A stretch of 64,000 nucleotides of DNA from the human T2T-CHM13v2.0 reference genome, Homo sapiens. Shown here in pieces: positions 1 through 15,889 of this stretch (positions are counted from its first letter, which is position 1; the number at the start of each line of letters is the position of its first letter). The position numbers were made by a program, and so were the translations under genes. The notes beneath the pieces are model-generated. The model had not been told where the DNA came from and did not search any database. It was given only the letters and a program-made list of their open reading frames with translations. The stretch lies in the NCBI RefSeq assembly GCF_009914755.1, contig NC_060938.1, one strand, 5' to 3'.

Positions 1-90
1 CTCCTCTCCCCTTCTCCTGCCCCTCTAGGTTTCTTCCTCCTCCTCCCCACCTCCTTCTCTACCTCCTCCCCTTCCCTCTCTCCAGCCTCC
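1..90. repeat. C/T-rich low-complexity tract
   Basis: Almost purely pyrimidine (ctcctctccc cttctcc...). Confidence 0.75.
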
Positions 91-1009
91 CCGGGGTAGA
101 TGGGCTCTGGAGACCTCTTCTCTCTCTAGAGGTGTCTGCTAGAGTCTACAGGACCCGCCACCCACAGCCCCTCATGCTAACACAGGCCCAGCTGAGGCAT
201 TCTGGTTATGACGGAGCTGTCCAGTTGCCTGGAAAGGGCTGACAGCAGACACAGCCCTGGTCGGGCAGAGCAAGTCCCCGGCCAGCTGGTGAGGGGATGG
301 GCCCGAGCCAGGTAATTATTGCCTGGTGCAGAGGTCGAAAGCCGCAGAGCGGCTGATGTACTAACGAAACACAAATGGGACATCTGTGTTCAGGAGTTCA
401 GCAAACCATGGAAAACCCAGCTTTGCCAAGAGTTTATCTACTACTGAGATCAGGGACACTCCTGCAGCTAAGGGAGCAGTGCGCACACCAGAAGCCGTTT
501 CCCCTGCTGCTCCACTTTCCCCTGCTGCTCCGCACACCCTTTATCTAGGGGCATGGCAACTTTTTCTTCCCTGGGAAATTGTTGGAGCTGGAAGTGTGTT
601 CACCTGTGGAGCGCCCTTTCCTGGTAGTTTGGAAAGCCCTGATGCCAGGCCTTTGGATGCGCTCCTGGGGAGGGATGGTGGTGAGGGTGTGTTTGCCTCC
701 CCACAGGTCTGGATCCGCTTGGTCCAAGCTTACCACTTGGTCTGAGCAGATTGGGGCCTTTGCCTTCCCAAGCAGCACCAACACAGGGCATGTGGACACC
801 TCTGAAGGCAGAGCCAAGAGGGCCCCAGGAAGGGGCCGAGTCCACACGTTTACCAAGCAGATTGTCAGAAAGAGGAGTGAGGGGGTGCCTAGAAACTGGG
901 GTTCTCTCAGACCTGCATGCACGGCCAGCGCAACCTCTACACGTCACATGCCTGCTGGGCCCCAGGTCACACCTGTAAAATGAGAGCGTGGCTGAGGGCC
1001 GTGTGTTCA

Positions 1010-1470
1010 TTCGGACTCAAGCAACAGAAACCGACTCTGTCTTATCTGACAAAAACAAAAAAAGAGTCTCCTGGCAGGAAGTGAGGGTGTTTTGTGGACT
1101 ACAGGAGGCACTGGCCCAGGAAGAATAGGTAGCCGTGGGGACTGGGGCAGCAGGAGGCGGTGGCCGTCTTCTGGGGGCCCAGCCCTTACAGGACTCAACT
1201 TCAGTGCCCACTGCCCTGTGTCTTGGTACCACCAGGTGTCAATTCCCAAACTCTGGTGGGCAGACTCTTTGGCCCATCCACTTGGGTGTCTTTCCAGTGC
1301 ATGGGTGGGGGATACTCAGGACCTGGACTGCACAGGGTGCTACTTCTGGAAGAGGGGGAAATTGCAGAGAGCCAGCCAACCATGACATGAATACTGCAGC
1401 ATCGTGACGTGCAACTACAAATGGGTGTGCCTATCTCATTGGGGTCCAAAGCCAGGACAGCCAAGGCCCT
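1010..1470 (-). mobile_element. Degenerate ERVL-MaLR LTR fragment (MLT1K/L-like)
   Basis: aagcaacagaaaccgactctg...aaaaa resembles an old MLT1 terminus. The right boundary is uncertain. Confidence 0.35.
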
Positions 1471-2435
1471 AGCCTGGCTCTGCACTCCTGAATCTGTGCC
1501 TCACTCGCAGCCCCCACTTACCCTGGGGCCATGCTTGAGCTGGGGACCAATGCTTTAGGAAGCACACTGCAACTGCAGTCCACATTTGCCCTCAGGAGGC
1601 TGCTGCTTCTATAACCACGATGGCTAACGCATGCTGGGGGCCCAACCCTAGCACCTCCCAGATTGTTTGCTAGGTGCCAATTACGGGACTGGGGTCTTAG
1701 CTGACAGTTGCTGTGGCTCATGGCAGTGGCATCAGGACCCACCTACCCCTCCCCCCGCTCTGCCAGCTAATGGTGGCCAAGTAGGGATGGGGGTTGGCTT
1801 TCCTGAGGCTGAGGCTGAGTCTGGGCTGTGTGGCCCTCCCCAGGCAGCAGGGCGTGAGAGTCAAGCCATGCTGAAACTGCCCCATGAGCTGAGGCTGTAC
1901 TTCCAGCAGGGCCTGTGCAAGTGCTGGTCTTAGAGGGGCCAGAGTGTGGTCCACAGTCAGGAACGTGAGGCCAAGAGATGGATCTTGAGAGATCCAACTC
2001 TTTGTTGAGAGGTGGATCACAGCAGAAGGAGATCAGGAGTGAGGGGTGGGTTGGTAGGACAGCTGACTCACCCTCCTGGGGCCAGTGACCTCCTTCCTCC
2101 ACTCCTTTCCCAGTTGGTTGTAATCCCTAGGCTGTGTAGGAGGATTCATGCGATCATCTCAGGCATTTTCCAAGAAAGGAATTTTGCCAGGCCATGCGTT
2201 TGACTGGAGGCCTGGGGTCACAGGCAATGAGGCCACCAAAGTCTGCTTCCGCCTGAGGGGTTGGGAACCAGTGGCTCTTGGGTGTGAAGCACCAAGGACA
2301 AGACTGTTCATTTTTCCTGATCAAGCTTTTACCAATGGTATTCCTATTTTCTCAGCATCATTAGGAAATGCTAACAAGTAAGAATGCCTTGCAAGTAAAT
2401 GAGAAAATTCACCTGCAAAGCTATTTCATAAGCAG

Positions 2436-2655
2436 GTGTGGCAGACATTCTTGTTGCTCACTCCAAATTCACTCCCCCACTTCCCTGCTGGCGGAGTCTG
2501 ATTTTCTCAGGCTCCACCCTCTTCCACCTGGCTGGGCTTCAGGTAAGTTGTGTTTGGTCTATGGTTCCCATTCCCCCGACATTGAAGCTGGTCTGAGGTT
2601 GGCCACCTCAGGGTCTTTTGTGTGTGGTCATGAAAATCCTCAGTGCTTAAATCTC
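2436..2655 (+). mobile_element. ERVL LTR16-like fragment, 5' part (split by L1PB)
   Basis: Starts tgtggcagacattcttgttgctcac, and the matching LTR end follows the L1 at ~3515-3550. Confidence 0.5.
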
Positions 2656-3500
2656 TTTTTTTCTTTTTCCATAGGTTATTGGGGTATAGGTGGTGTTTGG
2701 TTACATAAGTCAGTTCTTTAGTGGTGATTTGTGAGATTTTGGTGCACCCATCACCCGAGCAGTATACACTGCACCCTATTTGCAGTCTTTTGTCTCTTAC
2801 CCCCTTCCACCCTTCCCCCCAAGTCCCCAAAGTCCATTGTATCATTCTTATGCCTTTGCATCCTTATAGCTTAGCTCCCACATATCAGTGAGAATATACA
2901 ATGTTTGGTTTTCCATTCCTGAGTGACTTCACTTAGAAGAATAGTCTCCAATCTCACCCAGGTCACCGCGAATGCCGTTACTTCATTCCTTTTTATGGCT
3001 GAGTAGTATTCCATCATATATATCTATATCACAGTTTCTTTATCCACTCGTTGATTGATGAGCATTTGGGTTGGTTCCACGATTTTGCAATTGTGGATTG
3101 TGCTGCTATAAACATGCGTGTGCAAGTATCTTTTTCACATAATGACTTCTTTTCCTCTGGGTAGATACCCAGTAGTGGGATTGCTGGATGAAATGGTAGT
3201 TCTACTTTTAGTTCTTTAAGGAATCTCCACACTGTTTTCCATGGTGGCTGTACTAGTTTACATTCTCACCAGCAGTGTAGAAGTGTTTCCTGCTCACCGC
3301 ATCCATGCCAACATCTACTGTTTTTTGGATTTTATGATTACAGCCATTCTTGCAGGAGTAAGGTGATATCATATTGTGGTTTTGATTTGCATTTCCCTGA
3401 TCATTAGTGATGTTAAGCATTTTTTCATGTTTCTTGGCCATTTGTATATCTTCTTTTGAGAATTGTCTATTCATGTCCTTAGCCCACTTTTTGATGAGAT
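2656..3500 (-). mobile_element. 5'-truncated LINE-1, L1PB1-like 3' end
   Basis: Diagnostic 3'UTR (ttattggggtataggtggtgtttggttacat...ggtgcacccatcacccgagcag). ORF2 C-terminal peptide in ORF 3029-3232 ([24 protein letters not shown]). Approximate TSD gcttaaatctcttt / gtttaaacctcttt. Confidence 0.92.
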
Positions 3501-3514
3501 GTTTAAACCTCTTT

Positions 3515-3550
3515 GAGTTGGTTTGTCTGTTACTTGCAGCCCAAAGCACT
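3515..3550 (+). mobile_element. LTR16-like 3' end
   Basis: gagttggtttgtctgttacttgcagcccaaagca is typical of an LTR16/ERVL LTR end. Confidence 0.5.
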
Positions 3551-3939
3551 CCAGTTGAACCCATGTATGGAGGGTAACTTTCTGGTTTTGTGGGAGATTC
3601 ATGCTGTCTGCATGGAATACTGCATGGGTTACAAACAGGTTCCATGGATGCTGTCACCTTTGATCCCATGGCAGCCCGTAAGGGAGGGAAGTGTGGCATT
3701 GGCTCCTTGTCTCAGATGATGGCAACTAAGGCTAAAGACAGAGAGCAACGTGGTGATAGGGCCAGAACTTCAACACAGGAGGGGGGATTGGAGGGCTGCA
3801 GGGGACAGCCCCAGGTTTTCCTGTTACCTAATAGTTGAGAGTAAAAGTGAAGCCACCTGGAAGCTGGAGGAAAACACACCAGGCTTTGTGCAGCACGGCC
3901 CAGCACTGATGCAGGGAGGTAGAAATGACTCTCTTTCAT

Positions 3940-4110
3940 AATAACAACCACAGCATTTATTAACTGTGTGCTCTGGGCCAAACCCTGTGCATGTTCTCAC
4001 TTAATTCCTACAGAGTTCTTAGAAGGCTGTCCTTATATAGTTCACATTCTTAGATGAGGAAACTGTGGTCAAGAAAAGTATATGGAGGCTTCTGAGCTGG
4101 GACTCAGTTC
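3940..4110 (-). mobile_element. MIR SINE
   Basis: gcatttatt...agatgaggaaactgtgg is the antisense MIR core. Confidence 0.7.
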
Positions 4111-4314
4111 TGTCAGATGTTGCATCATGGTGCTAAATGGAAACTATGGCCTCTCCATCCAGGAGGCAAATGCATAAAGCTCATGCATGGCGTGGAGCTC
4201 CTGCCCCGTCCTGGGTTGAAGCACAGCCAGTGCATTTGTAGTTAAGCAGGCATCTTCTTTAAGTGGCACCCTGGGCCCTGGGCAGTGAACAGCTCATGGG
4301 TGGGACCAGCACCC

Positions 4315-4380
4315 CAAGACCTGGCATAGTGCCTGGGACTCAGGAGGTGCTCCCCTGGTATTTGTTGAATGAATGAACAA
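4315..4380 (+). mobile_element. L2 3' end
   Basis: gcatagtgcctgggactcaggaggtgctc...tatttgttgaatgaatgaa. Confidence 0.7.
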
Positions 4381-5744
4381 GTGTTTGTGTTTGTGGCTGA
4401 ACTATCCAGAGCAGTTGTTTAGAAAGTGAACAGCCACCGTGGGCCAAACATCCACCATGGGCCCTTGGGTAGGGGACTTTCATATGGCAGATGTAGAAAC
4501 AGCCCAGGGAAGGTCTAAGATCATGCTGTATGTTGGGGAAGGGTCAGGACTAGAGTTCGGGCCTCCTGACATGCAGTCCAGGCCAGGCCAGGGGACCTTC
4601 ATGTTTTATTTGTAGGAAAGACCACATGGTCAGGAGCTACGTGGAGAGGGGAAGGAAGAGGTGGGTATGAGTGTCTGGGGAGGGGAGAGGGAAAGGATGC
4701 AGAAGACTGAGTGAGGACTGCATCTGAGAGGGGCACCGCCAGGAGCTGCTGTCCCTCTCTGGGCAAGAGGTCCTTCGGCTACTGCGCTCTGCCTTGCCAC
4801 TTCTCTGGGCCAACTTGACAGAGAGGCCATATTGGATGGGGAGTTGCTGTCGGCGTCTGGCCTCTCTGGCCGGTGTACTGAGTAGGTCAGGGAAGGGAAC
4901 ATTTTTTGGACTTCTTATCCCAGGCTGCTGAACCTTAGGAGTCCAGGGGTTGCATCTGGAGCAAAGAGATGTCCCAACAGCCTTGCCCTGAGGTTGAGAG
5001 AGGATGGGCTGGGATAGGGGTCCATGGGGTTTCCCTGCCCCAGGAGTCCTCCTGGCACCCATTCGAGCAGGCAGGATCAATGTGAGAGGCTCTGTGGGGC
5101 TTGACTTTGTACTGCCGGCAATGAACTTTGCTCAAAAGTGCTCTGTAGGCAGAAAGAGGAGTAGCAAAAAGGCTTTCATGTGCTATTTCAGGATTGCTGG
5201 CCCTGAACATTTATCACTTACTGATGCATATAATTTGCCTGATGACTCAGTTTCATATATTTTAGTTTCCAAAGATAAACAGTTTTGCATATTTCCTGCA
5301 AATGGGGGTTATATTTAATAATCTCTGGGTAGGAGGGTTGCATGCTGGGGACAGGGAGTTAGAGGAAGGCAGAGGACTTGGGTTGGGGCAGCTTGGGCAC
5401 AGCGATCTGGAGGCTTGGCCCATGCTTAGCATCTGGGCAGGAGGTGGCTTCAGTCTGCAAGACTTATGGGAAGAGGTGCAGAAGCCTGGAACAAAGATGA
5501 GGTTGTCTTTAGAGGGGGTTGAATTGAATGAATACAGGCTTTGGTGCCTGTTTTTGAGGTCCAACTAGACTGGGCATCAGGGTGGAGCGTGCTGGTTTTC
5601 AGCCAAAGCCAGTCGGGCTCACCTTTGACCACACATTCCAGACCTGGCCCCGGGCAGCCTTCTTATCAGTCCTGCTCACAAATAGGTCGGCCTGAGAGCA
5701 GAGCTGTGTTGCTTCCATCCTTCCCCCGAACACACTCGGAACCT

Positions 5745-5990
5745 TGCATAGCACACTAGGTGGTGGTGTGGAAGCCCTAGGGGATAATACTGTCCACATC
5801 ACGACCAAGGTGGGCTCCAGTCCCAGTTCTGTTACTGATTCGGGTGCTACATTGGACAGAGAGTTTAATCTTTTTGAATCTTGACAGTAGCATTGACCTT
5901 ACAGGGTTTCTCAAAGATTGGGATGATATAGTACATGGCAAAACACGCAGTACAATGCCGGGCTCATAGTATATGCAAAATATGTGCTTC
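5745..5990 (+). mobile_element. MIR SINE (degenerate)
   Basis: gaccttacagggtttctcaaagatt...cagtacaatgccgggctcatagta. Confidence 0.5.
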
Positions 5991-6144
5991 TCTTCCAAAA
6001 TGTGTGTTAAGATACTCAGGGTCATTAAAAATCGGTGCCATAGATTTCTATCCTGAAGGTGTGACTGTCTAGTTGAGAAGGCAGAACGCACCCTCAGGGA
6101 AGTCAGGCTGTGATAGCCAAAGAGTGGATCTGTTTCAATTGTGG

Positions 6145-6515
6145 TATTGAATCAGACTCTGAGTAGCAAGTGTCAGAAACCCAATGCAAATGGCTTGAGC
6201 AGATTCTTATAATCAAATAGGCCAGGGGTAGCTGGCTTCCACCACATCTGGCTGCAGGACCCCAAGTGACATTCTTGGGGTCTGGTCTTGTTCTTGCTGT
6301 CTCTGGGAGGGCTCTGTTGCCTGTGGTGCCAAGACCACTGCTTGAAACTTCAGGCTCACAGCCACCTTCTCGGAAGCAACAACGGAAATGAATGCTTCTC
6401 TTTCCCTTCAGCCCAGATGAAAGGCTTAGCAATGAATCTCATTGACTCAATTGGCCTGGCTTGGGTCACATGCCCGTCCTTGAACCAATAACTATGGCAA
6501 AGGGGTCACCAGGTG
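6145..6515 (-). mobile_element. MaLR LTR (MLT1K-like)
   Basis: gcaagtgtcagaaacccaa...ttggcctggcttgggtcacatgcccgtccttgaaccaat. Confidence 0.65.
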
Positions 6516-6519
6516 AAGT

Positions 6520-6967
6520 GGGTGTAGATTGTATTCTTGCTCTCAACTCTTCAGTCTCCTTTTCTGTAAGAAGACCATACATCTCCTCCCATACCCCATG
6601 CCTTGCAGTGCCTCCTGTGGGAGGAGTCTACCTCCCCTCTCCACTAACCTTGAACGTGGCATGTGACTTGCTGTGGCTCACGGTGTGTGAGCAGATGTGA
6701 TATGCACCACGTCTGAACGGAAGCTTTAATATTACAGATTTCCACCAGCTCTCTTCCTCTTTTCCTTCTCCCTCTAGAAGGGGCTGTCCGAAATAGAGAC
6801 TGCTCCTTCAGCCTGGACCCAACTGCGAAGAAGCCACATGGAACAGAGCTGCAGCTAACCTGAAGTCTGTGTGAACTGGGTGCAAGAGACAAATGTTTGC
6901 CACTGGAAATCACGGAGATCTGGGGATCATTTGTTACTGCAGCCTCTAGCAGAAGCTGACTGATACA
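6520..6967 (+). mobile_element. MaLR LTR (MLT1J-like), nested in the preceding LTR
   Basis: tgtagattgtatt...gcatgtgacttgc...ttgttactgcagc...ctgactgataca terminus. Confidence 0.75.
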
Positions 6968-7589
6968 CAGAGGGAATTGGGTGCTGGGTGGGTGGAAACA
7001 GTATATATGCCCCAGAGAGGCCAACTCCAAAAGCTGTGTGAATTCAGAGAGAAACACCCATGGCTTAAGGCTTGAAACAAGAGGCAGGAGGTTGGGGGAT
7101 ATTGGTTTTTGGTGAACTTACTGGGCTTGCTGAGGCAGAGCAACACCTGTTTCTCTGGGCCATTACTACAAAGGTCAGATTGCGAGTCTTGTCCTAGATT
7201 CAGCCTTCTTTGAGAGTTTTCCTTAAGACACAGTTTGAGCAGATTACTTTCTTGCTTAGAATCCCTCAGTAGGTCCCCACTGCCCCAGGATAAAGTCTAG
7301 ACCCCCAAGCACGTCCTGCACGGCCTTGCTGACATGTCTGAGTCTGGGCATTGTACTAGTGAGCCACAAAGTGTGCAGGTCCTGGTGCCCACCCCATCTC
7401 CACTGCTGCCCAGGGCGCAAATCCACATCACCCCTTAGCTGGACTAGGGCTAGTGCCTCCTAACTGGAAGGATTCCACTCAGCTCCCTTCTAATCCACCG
7501 TCCACCCAGCCACTTCTCAAATGTAAACCCAGTCTTGTTGCCATCCTACTGTCACGTATACAATAAAATCCAAACTCATTCTGGAGTGG

Positions 7590-7950
7590 GTGGGGCGGCT
7601 TGTATTTTCCAAAACTGACCACATTTGTATTCTCTTCTTACAATGTGATGCTGACACTCCTCCCATGGAGGGGGCTCTGTGTCCCCTCCCCTCATTGTGG
7701 GTGGGCTTGTGACTATGGTGAAAAAGACACTCCTGAGGCGAGATCATGAGAGGTGACATGACTTCCTCCTGGCTGTCTTGGGACATGCACTCCTGGAATC
7801 CAGCCCCCTGCCAGGAGAAATCTCGAGCAGGCTGTGTGGAAAGGAAGGCAGGTGTCTGACCACAGCCGAAGCCAGCATGAGAGTGCGCTGCCTGGGAAGT
7901 GACCTCTCCAGCCCCTGACCAGCCGCCCCAGCTGACTGCATGGAGCTGTT
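7590..7950 (+). mobile_element. MaLR LTR fragment (MLT1H-like)
   Basis: ttgtattttccaaa...ctcttcttacaatgtgatgctgacactcctcccat. Confidence 0.65.
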
Positions 7951-9167
7951 GGTGAAGGAGACTCATAGATAAAGGTGCCTTCAGGAAGGAGAGAGAAGGG
8001 GAGGGAGACGGCTGGGGGAGAGGAGCGCCATTTCCCATGCTCTTACTGTATGCATGGCCACCTGCACATAGGATGCCTTTCTTATGAGAGAAACTGAGGC
8101 TTCAAGAAGCCAGCTCTTTTATTTGTGGCCACCCTGATGGCAAGTTGACACCTATGGGTGAAGTCCAGCTCCTCTAGGAGGCCCACCCCCTCTTTCTGCC
8201 CATTTAGATCCTTCTCTTCCTCTACAGGCCCTGGACCCCGTGAACCTCTCAGCTGCCTTGTCAGTGAGGAAGTGTTTTGGCCAGCACCTCTGCTCTAGTG
8301 ACTTAGTAGACTCTTTCTTCTTGGGTGTTTATTCTAGAAGAATGGTGCCATGGGAGAGGGCACTGTGGTGGGCAGGGACGTGTGGGACTCCTAGTCAGGG
8401 TGGGGTCAGCCATTTCCCAACTCTGCCTTGCAGTCAGATTCCCATGTGGATGTGGTCTCCTTGGGAATGCGTTCTGCTTCCCCGGCTGGAGCCAGTAGCG
8501 TAAGGTGGAGGAAGATCTTAAGGTCCAAGTGTTTCCATAGCGGTGACACCAATGAGGAGGACAGACAGCTCTGGGAATCCAGCAGGAAACAAGAACCGTC
8601 ACTGCCTATGTGGAGCTGGTCTGGTCCAGGAGACACACAGACACTATAGTGTGATTAGTGGATGCTCAGGGGCTGAGATCAGGGACCCCAACCCTCTGTG
8701 GGCATCCAGGAAGGCTTCTCAGAGGAGGAGGCAGCTGTGTGAATCAGACTCAATGGACTTGGGCATGGTAGTCAAGATTAGTCTACCTCTCTGAGCCTCA
8801 GCAACATCTGAACTGGTTTCAAAGTCTGGGTAGAAGGCAGCCACATCGAAGGAGGTGAGAAAGAGGTTCTGGGCAGAGCAACTGCAGGAGCAAAGTCTGG
8901 AGGTGAAAGAGTGCAGCTGCTTGGGGGGTATATGGGGGGGTCAGGTCCCAAGGGTGTATGGGCAGGAGATGGGGCTGGCACTGGATCTGGCCCACCCGGG
9001 TTTGGACAAGGTGTGAGCCTCATCCAGGGACTTGATGACTGCGTCACTTGTATACATCTGCATACCCGAAAGATGAGGCACAGTTGGTCTGCAGTGATTG
9101 TCTATTAATTGTGATGGGACCCACTGGTCACTCTCATTCCAGCCCCTGTCAAAAAAGAATGGGGACC

Positions 9168-9529
9168 TGATATGGTTTGGCTGTGTCCTCACCCAAATCT
9201 CATCTTGAATTGTAGCTCCCATAATCCCCACATGTCATGGGAGGGACCTGGTGGGAGGTAATCAAATCATGGGGGCAGGTTTTTCCTGTGCTGTTCTCAT
9301 AATAGTGAATGAGTCTCACGAGATCTGGTGGTTTTGTAAAGGGCAGTTCCCCTGCACACGCTCTTGTCTGCAGCCACGTAAGACATGCCTTCTCTCTTCT
9401 GTCGCCTTCCACCATGATTGTGAGGCCTCCCCAGCCATGTGGAACTGTGAGTCCATTAAACCTCTTTTTCTTTATAAATTACCCGGTCTTGGGTATTTCT
9501 TCATAGCAGTATGAAAATGGACTAATACA
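9168..9529 (+). mobile_element. THE1 solo LTR (THE1C/B-like)
   Basis: Full LTR tgatatggtttggctgtgt...ggactaataca with 5-bp TSD ggacc/ggact. Confidence 0.95.
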
Positions 9530-9868
9530 GGACTTATCAAGGGCACATTTGGATTCTGCTAGAAAGATGTGCACTTGTCCCTGTGACTTCTTTTCCACCT
9601 GGCAGATTGCTCAAGGCAGGTGGAAAGTTTTACATTCCTTAGTGGGGCCTGGCAGAAATCGAGTCAATAGCCCCAAATCGGGGCAGTGCTGTCTCTTCAA
9701 TTCTTGCTTTGGTTGTCCTGGAGATGCTGGGGACTGACGGGTGGGCTCCAGACTGACCTGCCAAGGCTGTGGTGCTCCGAGCCTGGGAATGGTGAGGTCT
9801 GGATAGGACACTCGGCCACTGGGCAGTGGAGAGTTGGAATGAGCAGATGTGTGTTCCTAGACTGACCC

Positions 9869-10244
9869 TGTCTTAGTCTGTGTGGCTGCAATAACAGAAC
9901 ATCATAGACTGGGGAGCTTATAATAAACTCAGACATTTATTTATCATGGTTCTGGAGGCTGGCTGGGAGGCCCAAGATCAAGGAGTCAGCAAGTTCTGCT
10001 TTGGGTGAGGGCCCACTTGCTGATTCATAGAAGGCCACCTCCTGCTGTGTCCTCATATGGCGAAATGAGGGCTGGAGACCTTTCTGGGGCCTCTTTTATA
10101 AAGGCAGTAATCCCATGGATAAGGGCCCCATCCTCATGACCTAATCACTCTCCGAAGGTGGGAGTCATACCATCGCCTTGGGGGTTAGGATTCAACACTG
10201 AATTTTGGTGGTGGATGGTGGGCATACACTTTCAGACCATTTCA
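9869..10244 (-). mobile_element. MaLR solo LTR (MLT1A/MSTD-like)
   Basis: tgtcttagtctg...gttctggaggctgg...ttcagaccatttca with TSD gaccc/gacct. Confidence 0.85.
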
Positions 10245-10309
10245 GACCTTTCCTGCCCCGCTGTGTCCATCGCCTCGTGAGTAAATCATCCCGTGCTCTA
10301 GCTCAGTGT

Positions 10310-10560
10310 GGCTGGGGGAAGCTTAGAGCCCAGAACGTGGAGTGGGGCTGGGCTGGGGCTGGAGCTGGGCTTTGCTGCTCAGCAGCTTGGCCTCCTGGGG
10401 GAGACGCCTCTACTTCTGAGCCTCAGTGTCCTCACTGTGGCCACGGAGGTGGGCATGTGTGCCCTGTGGAGCTGCTGGGAGAGCTGAGGAGAGGATGACA
10501 GGCCTGCAGCGGTCTCAGCAAGCATGAGGGCCTCTCCTCACCACTGTCATCTTCTTCCTC
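10310..10560 (+). mobile_element. MIR SINE (degenerate)
   Basis: ttctgagcctcagtgtcctcactgtg core. Confidence 0.55.
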
Positions 10561-11289
10561 ATGGACTTATCATGACCATAATCACCACAGTTCTCTGCCT
10601 TTGTTCTCTTTCGAAAATCTTTCTCACCTCAAGAGAGCTGTCAGAAGAGCTGGGCCTCTCCTCTCCCTTCCTGAGTCCCCCACCACCCCTGAGGTGTAGA
10701 GTTTGGGAGGCTTAGAGCGGGTCTGGCCCAGCCCTCTGCTTTGGGGCCTGGTGAGGCCTGATTCATTGCTGTACGTCCAGTGCTAGCGAGAGCCTGGCAC
10801 AGAGAAGGCGTTTGCTTGAGCCTTGCTGGATGAAAGCCTGAACTGAAGTCTTCTTGAGAGGTGGGAGCTGTGACCACGCTCCTCAGCTGCATGAAAGACC
10901 CCCAGCAAGTCGTCCTGGTTGGCAGCTCCCAGTCATTCGTGTGGCACTCCTTCTGTTTGGTCTTCTGTGGACCTGGAGAAAAATGGCCCATCTCATCTAA
11001 ATCCAGACTCTTCCTCACTTTTCAGCCCCTGCCCAACTGGCTGCCCCCATCTCCAGCCTCCCATAGGCTCAGTCCCCCTCAGGCCCTGAGCTTCTGAAAG
11101 TCTGTCCTGGGAGGATTCTGGAAACTCCCTCCCCCGGCCAAGTGAGTCCCCAAAGCCCCTGCTGCCCATGAATTTGCGTCCCCATGGGAAATGGGGGCCC
11201 TGCTGGCAGCCTCCCTCCCCAGCCCACCCCAGCCCTCACTCCCGAGCCCCCAGCCTGCTGCCCATTGTGTGGTCATGGGCTTTTGACAA

Positions 11290-14044
<2,755 letters not shown>

Positions 14045-14581
14045 TCTCTGTGTTATCTTATCTCTACTTACTTTAATTTCTTTATTTCATCTGCATTCAC
14101 GTTTTCTCAAGCTTTTCCACTATGTCAATAACTTTACTTCTAAGAATGTCTCCTGTTTCTGGTTCAGAAGGTTGTTGTTGCTCTCGTAGCACGTTTTGGC
14201 TTCCATCTGCACCCTTAGGTCTGAGCAATGTCCTTTTCCATCTTTTCCTGTAGTTTTAGTAACTTGTCTTTGTGCATCTGTTTTGTTGAATTACCATTCT
14301 CATTCATTGTTCAATAAAGAGGAATTCTCTCTCTTCCTTGAGCTTTCTGTTAGATCAGGATTATTTCTCCGTGTCTCCCTCCCTCTCTCCCCTTTCATTC
14401 CTGAGGACTGCCTGCATTCGTGGTTATTTTCAAGTTGCCCCATTGGAACGGACTTGGGTACAGGCCTGTGGGCATGTGGGTGGCCATGGCTCAGGGGAGA
14501 CGGTTCAGCGAGGGAGCAGGGGGTCTTCGTCAGGCTCAGGGGCTCCTCTGCTTCGTCTGAGAGAATGTTAAATGCCTTCTA

Positions 14582-15433
<852 letters not shown>

Positions 15434-15689
15434 CTATGAGGACACTTCAGGCCTCTGCAAACCTGGGGAGGACCACAGGGTCGTTAGTGGGTTGGTGGCA
15501 AAGGACCAGTCTAGGGACAGAGGGGATGGTCACCCCAGGGATCCCCCTACTACAGATACCACCTGCTCAGATTGAAGGGGCTTGGGGCAGACCTTGGACT
15601 TAGATGCTTTTCTCACTGGGAACCGATTCCAGACCCTCAAAGGGAATGGGATGCCTCCCGTCAATGCTCCCCATAGTCCCATTTTTATC

Positions 15690-15810
15690 TTGTAGCACTA
15701 TTGCCCTGGGCTGGAACTGCCTCATCCATGGGCTTCCTGAATGCAGGTGCCAAACCTCATTCACCCAGTGCCTGGCACACAGTAGGTGCTCATTAAATGA
15801 CTTCATTGAC
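15690..15810 (+). mobile_element. L2 3' end
   Basis: cagtgcctggcacacagtaggtgctcattaaatg. Confidence 0.65.
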
Positions 15811-15889
15811 AGTAGGCAGGTCTTCTCATCTTCACTGGCACCTCTCCACATCCCCCACACACCGAAGCCCACTTACACAGGGGCACACC

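Noticed and set aside
186-288. Possible exon (ctaacacag|...|gtgagg)
   Set aside because: Stops in all three frames and no polypyrimidine tract.
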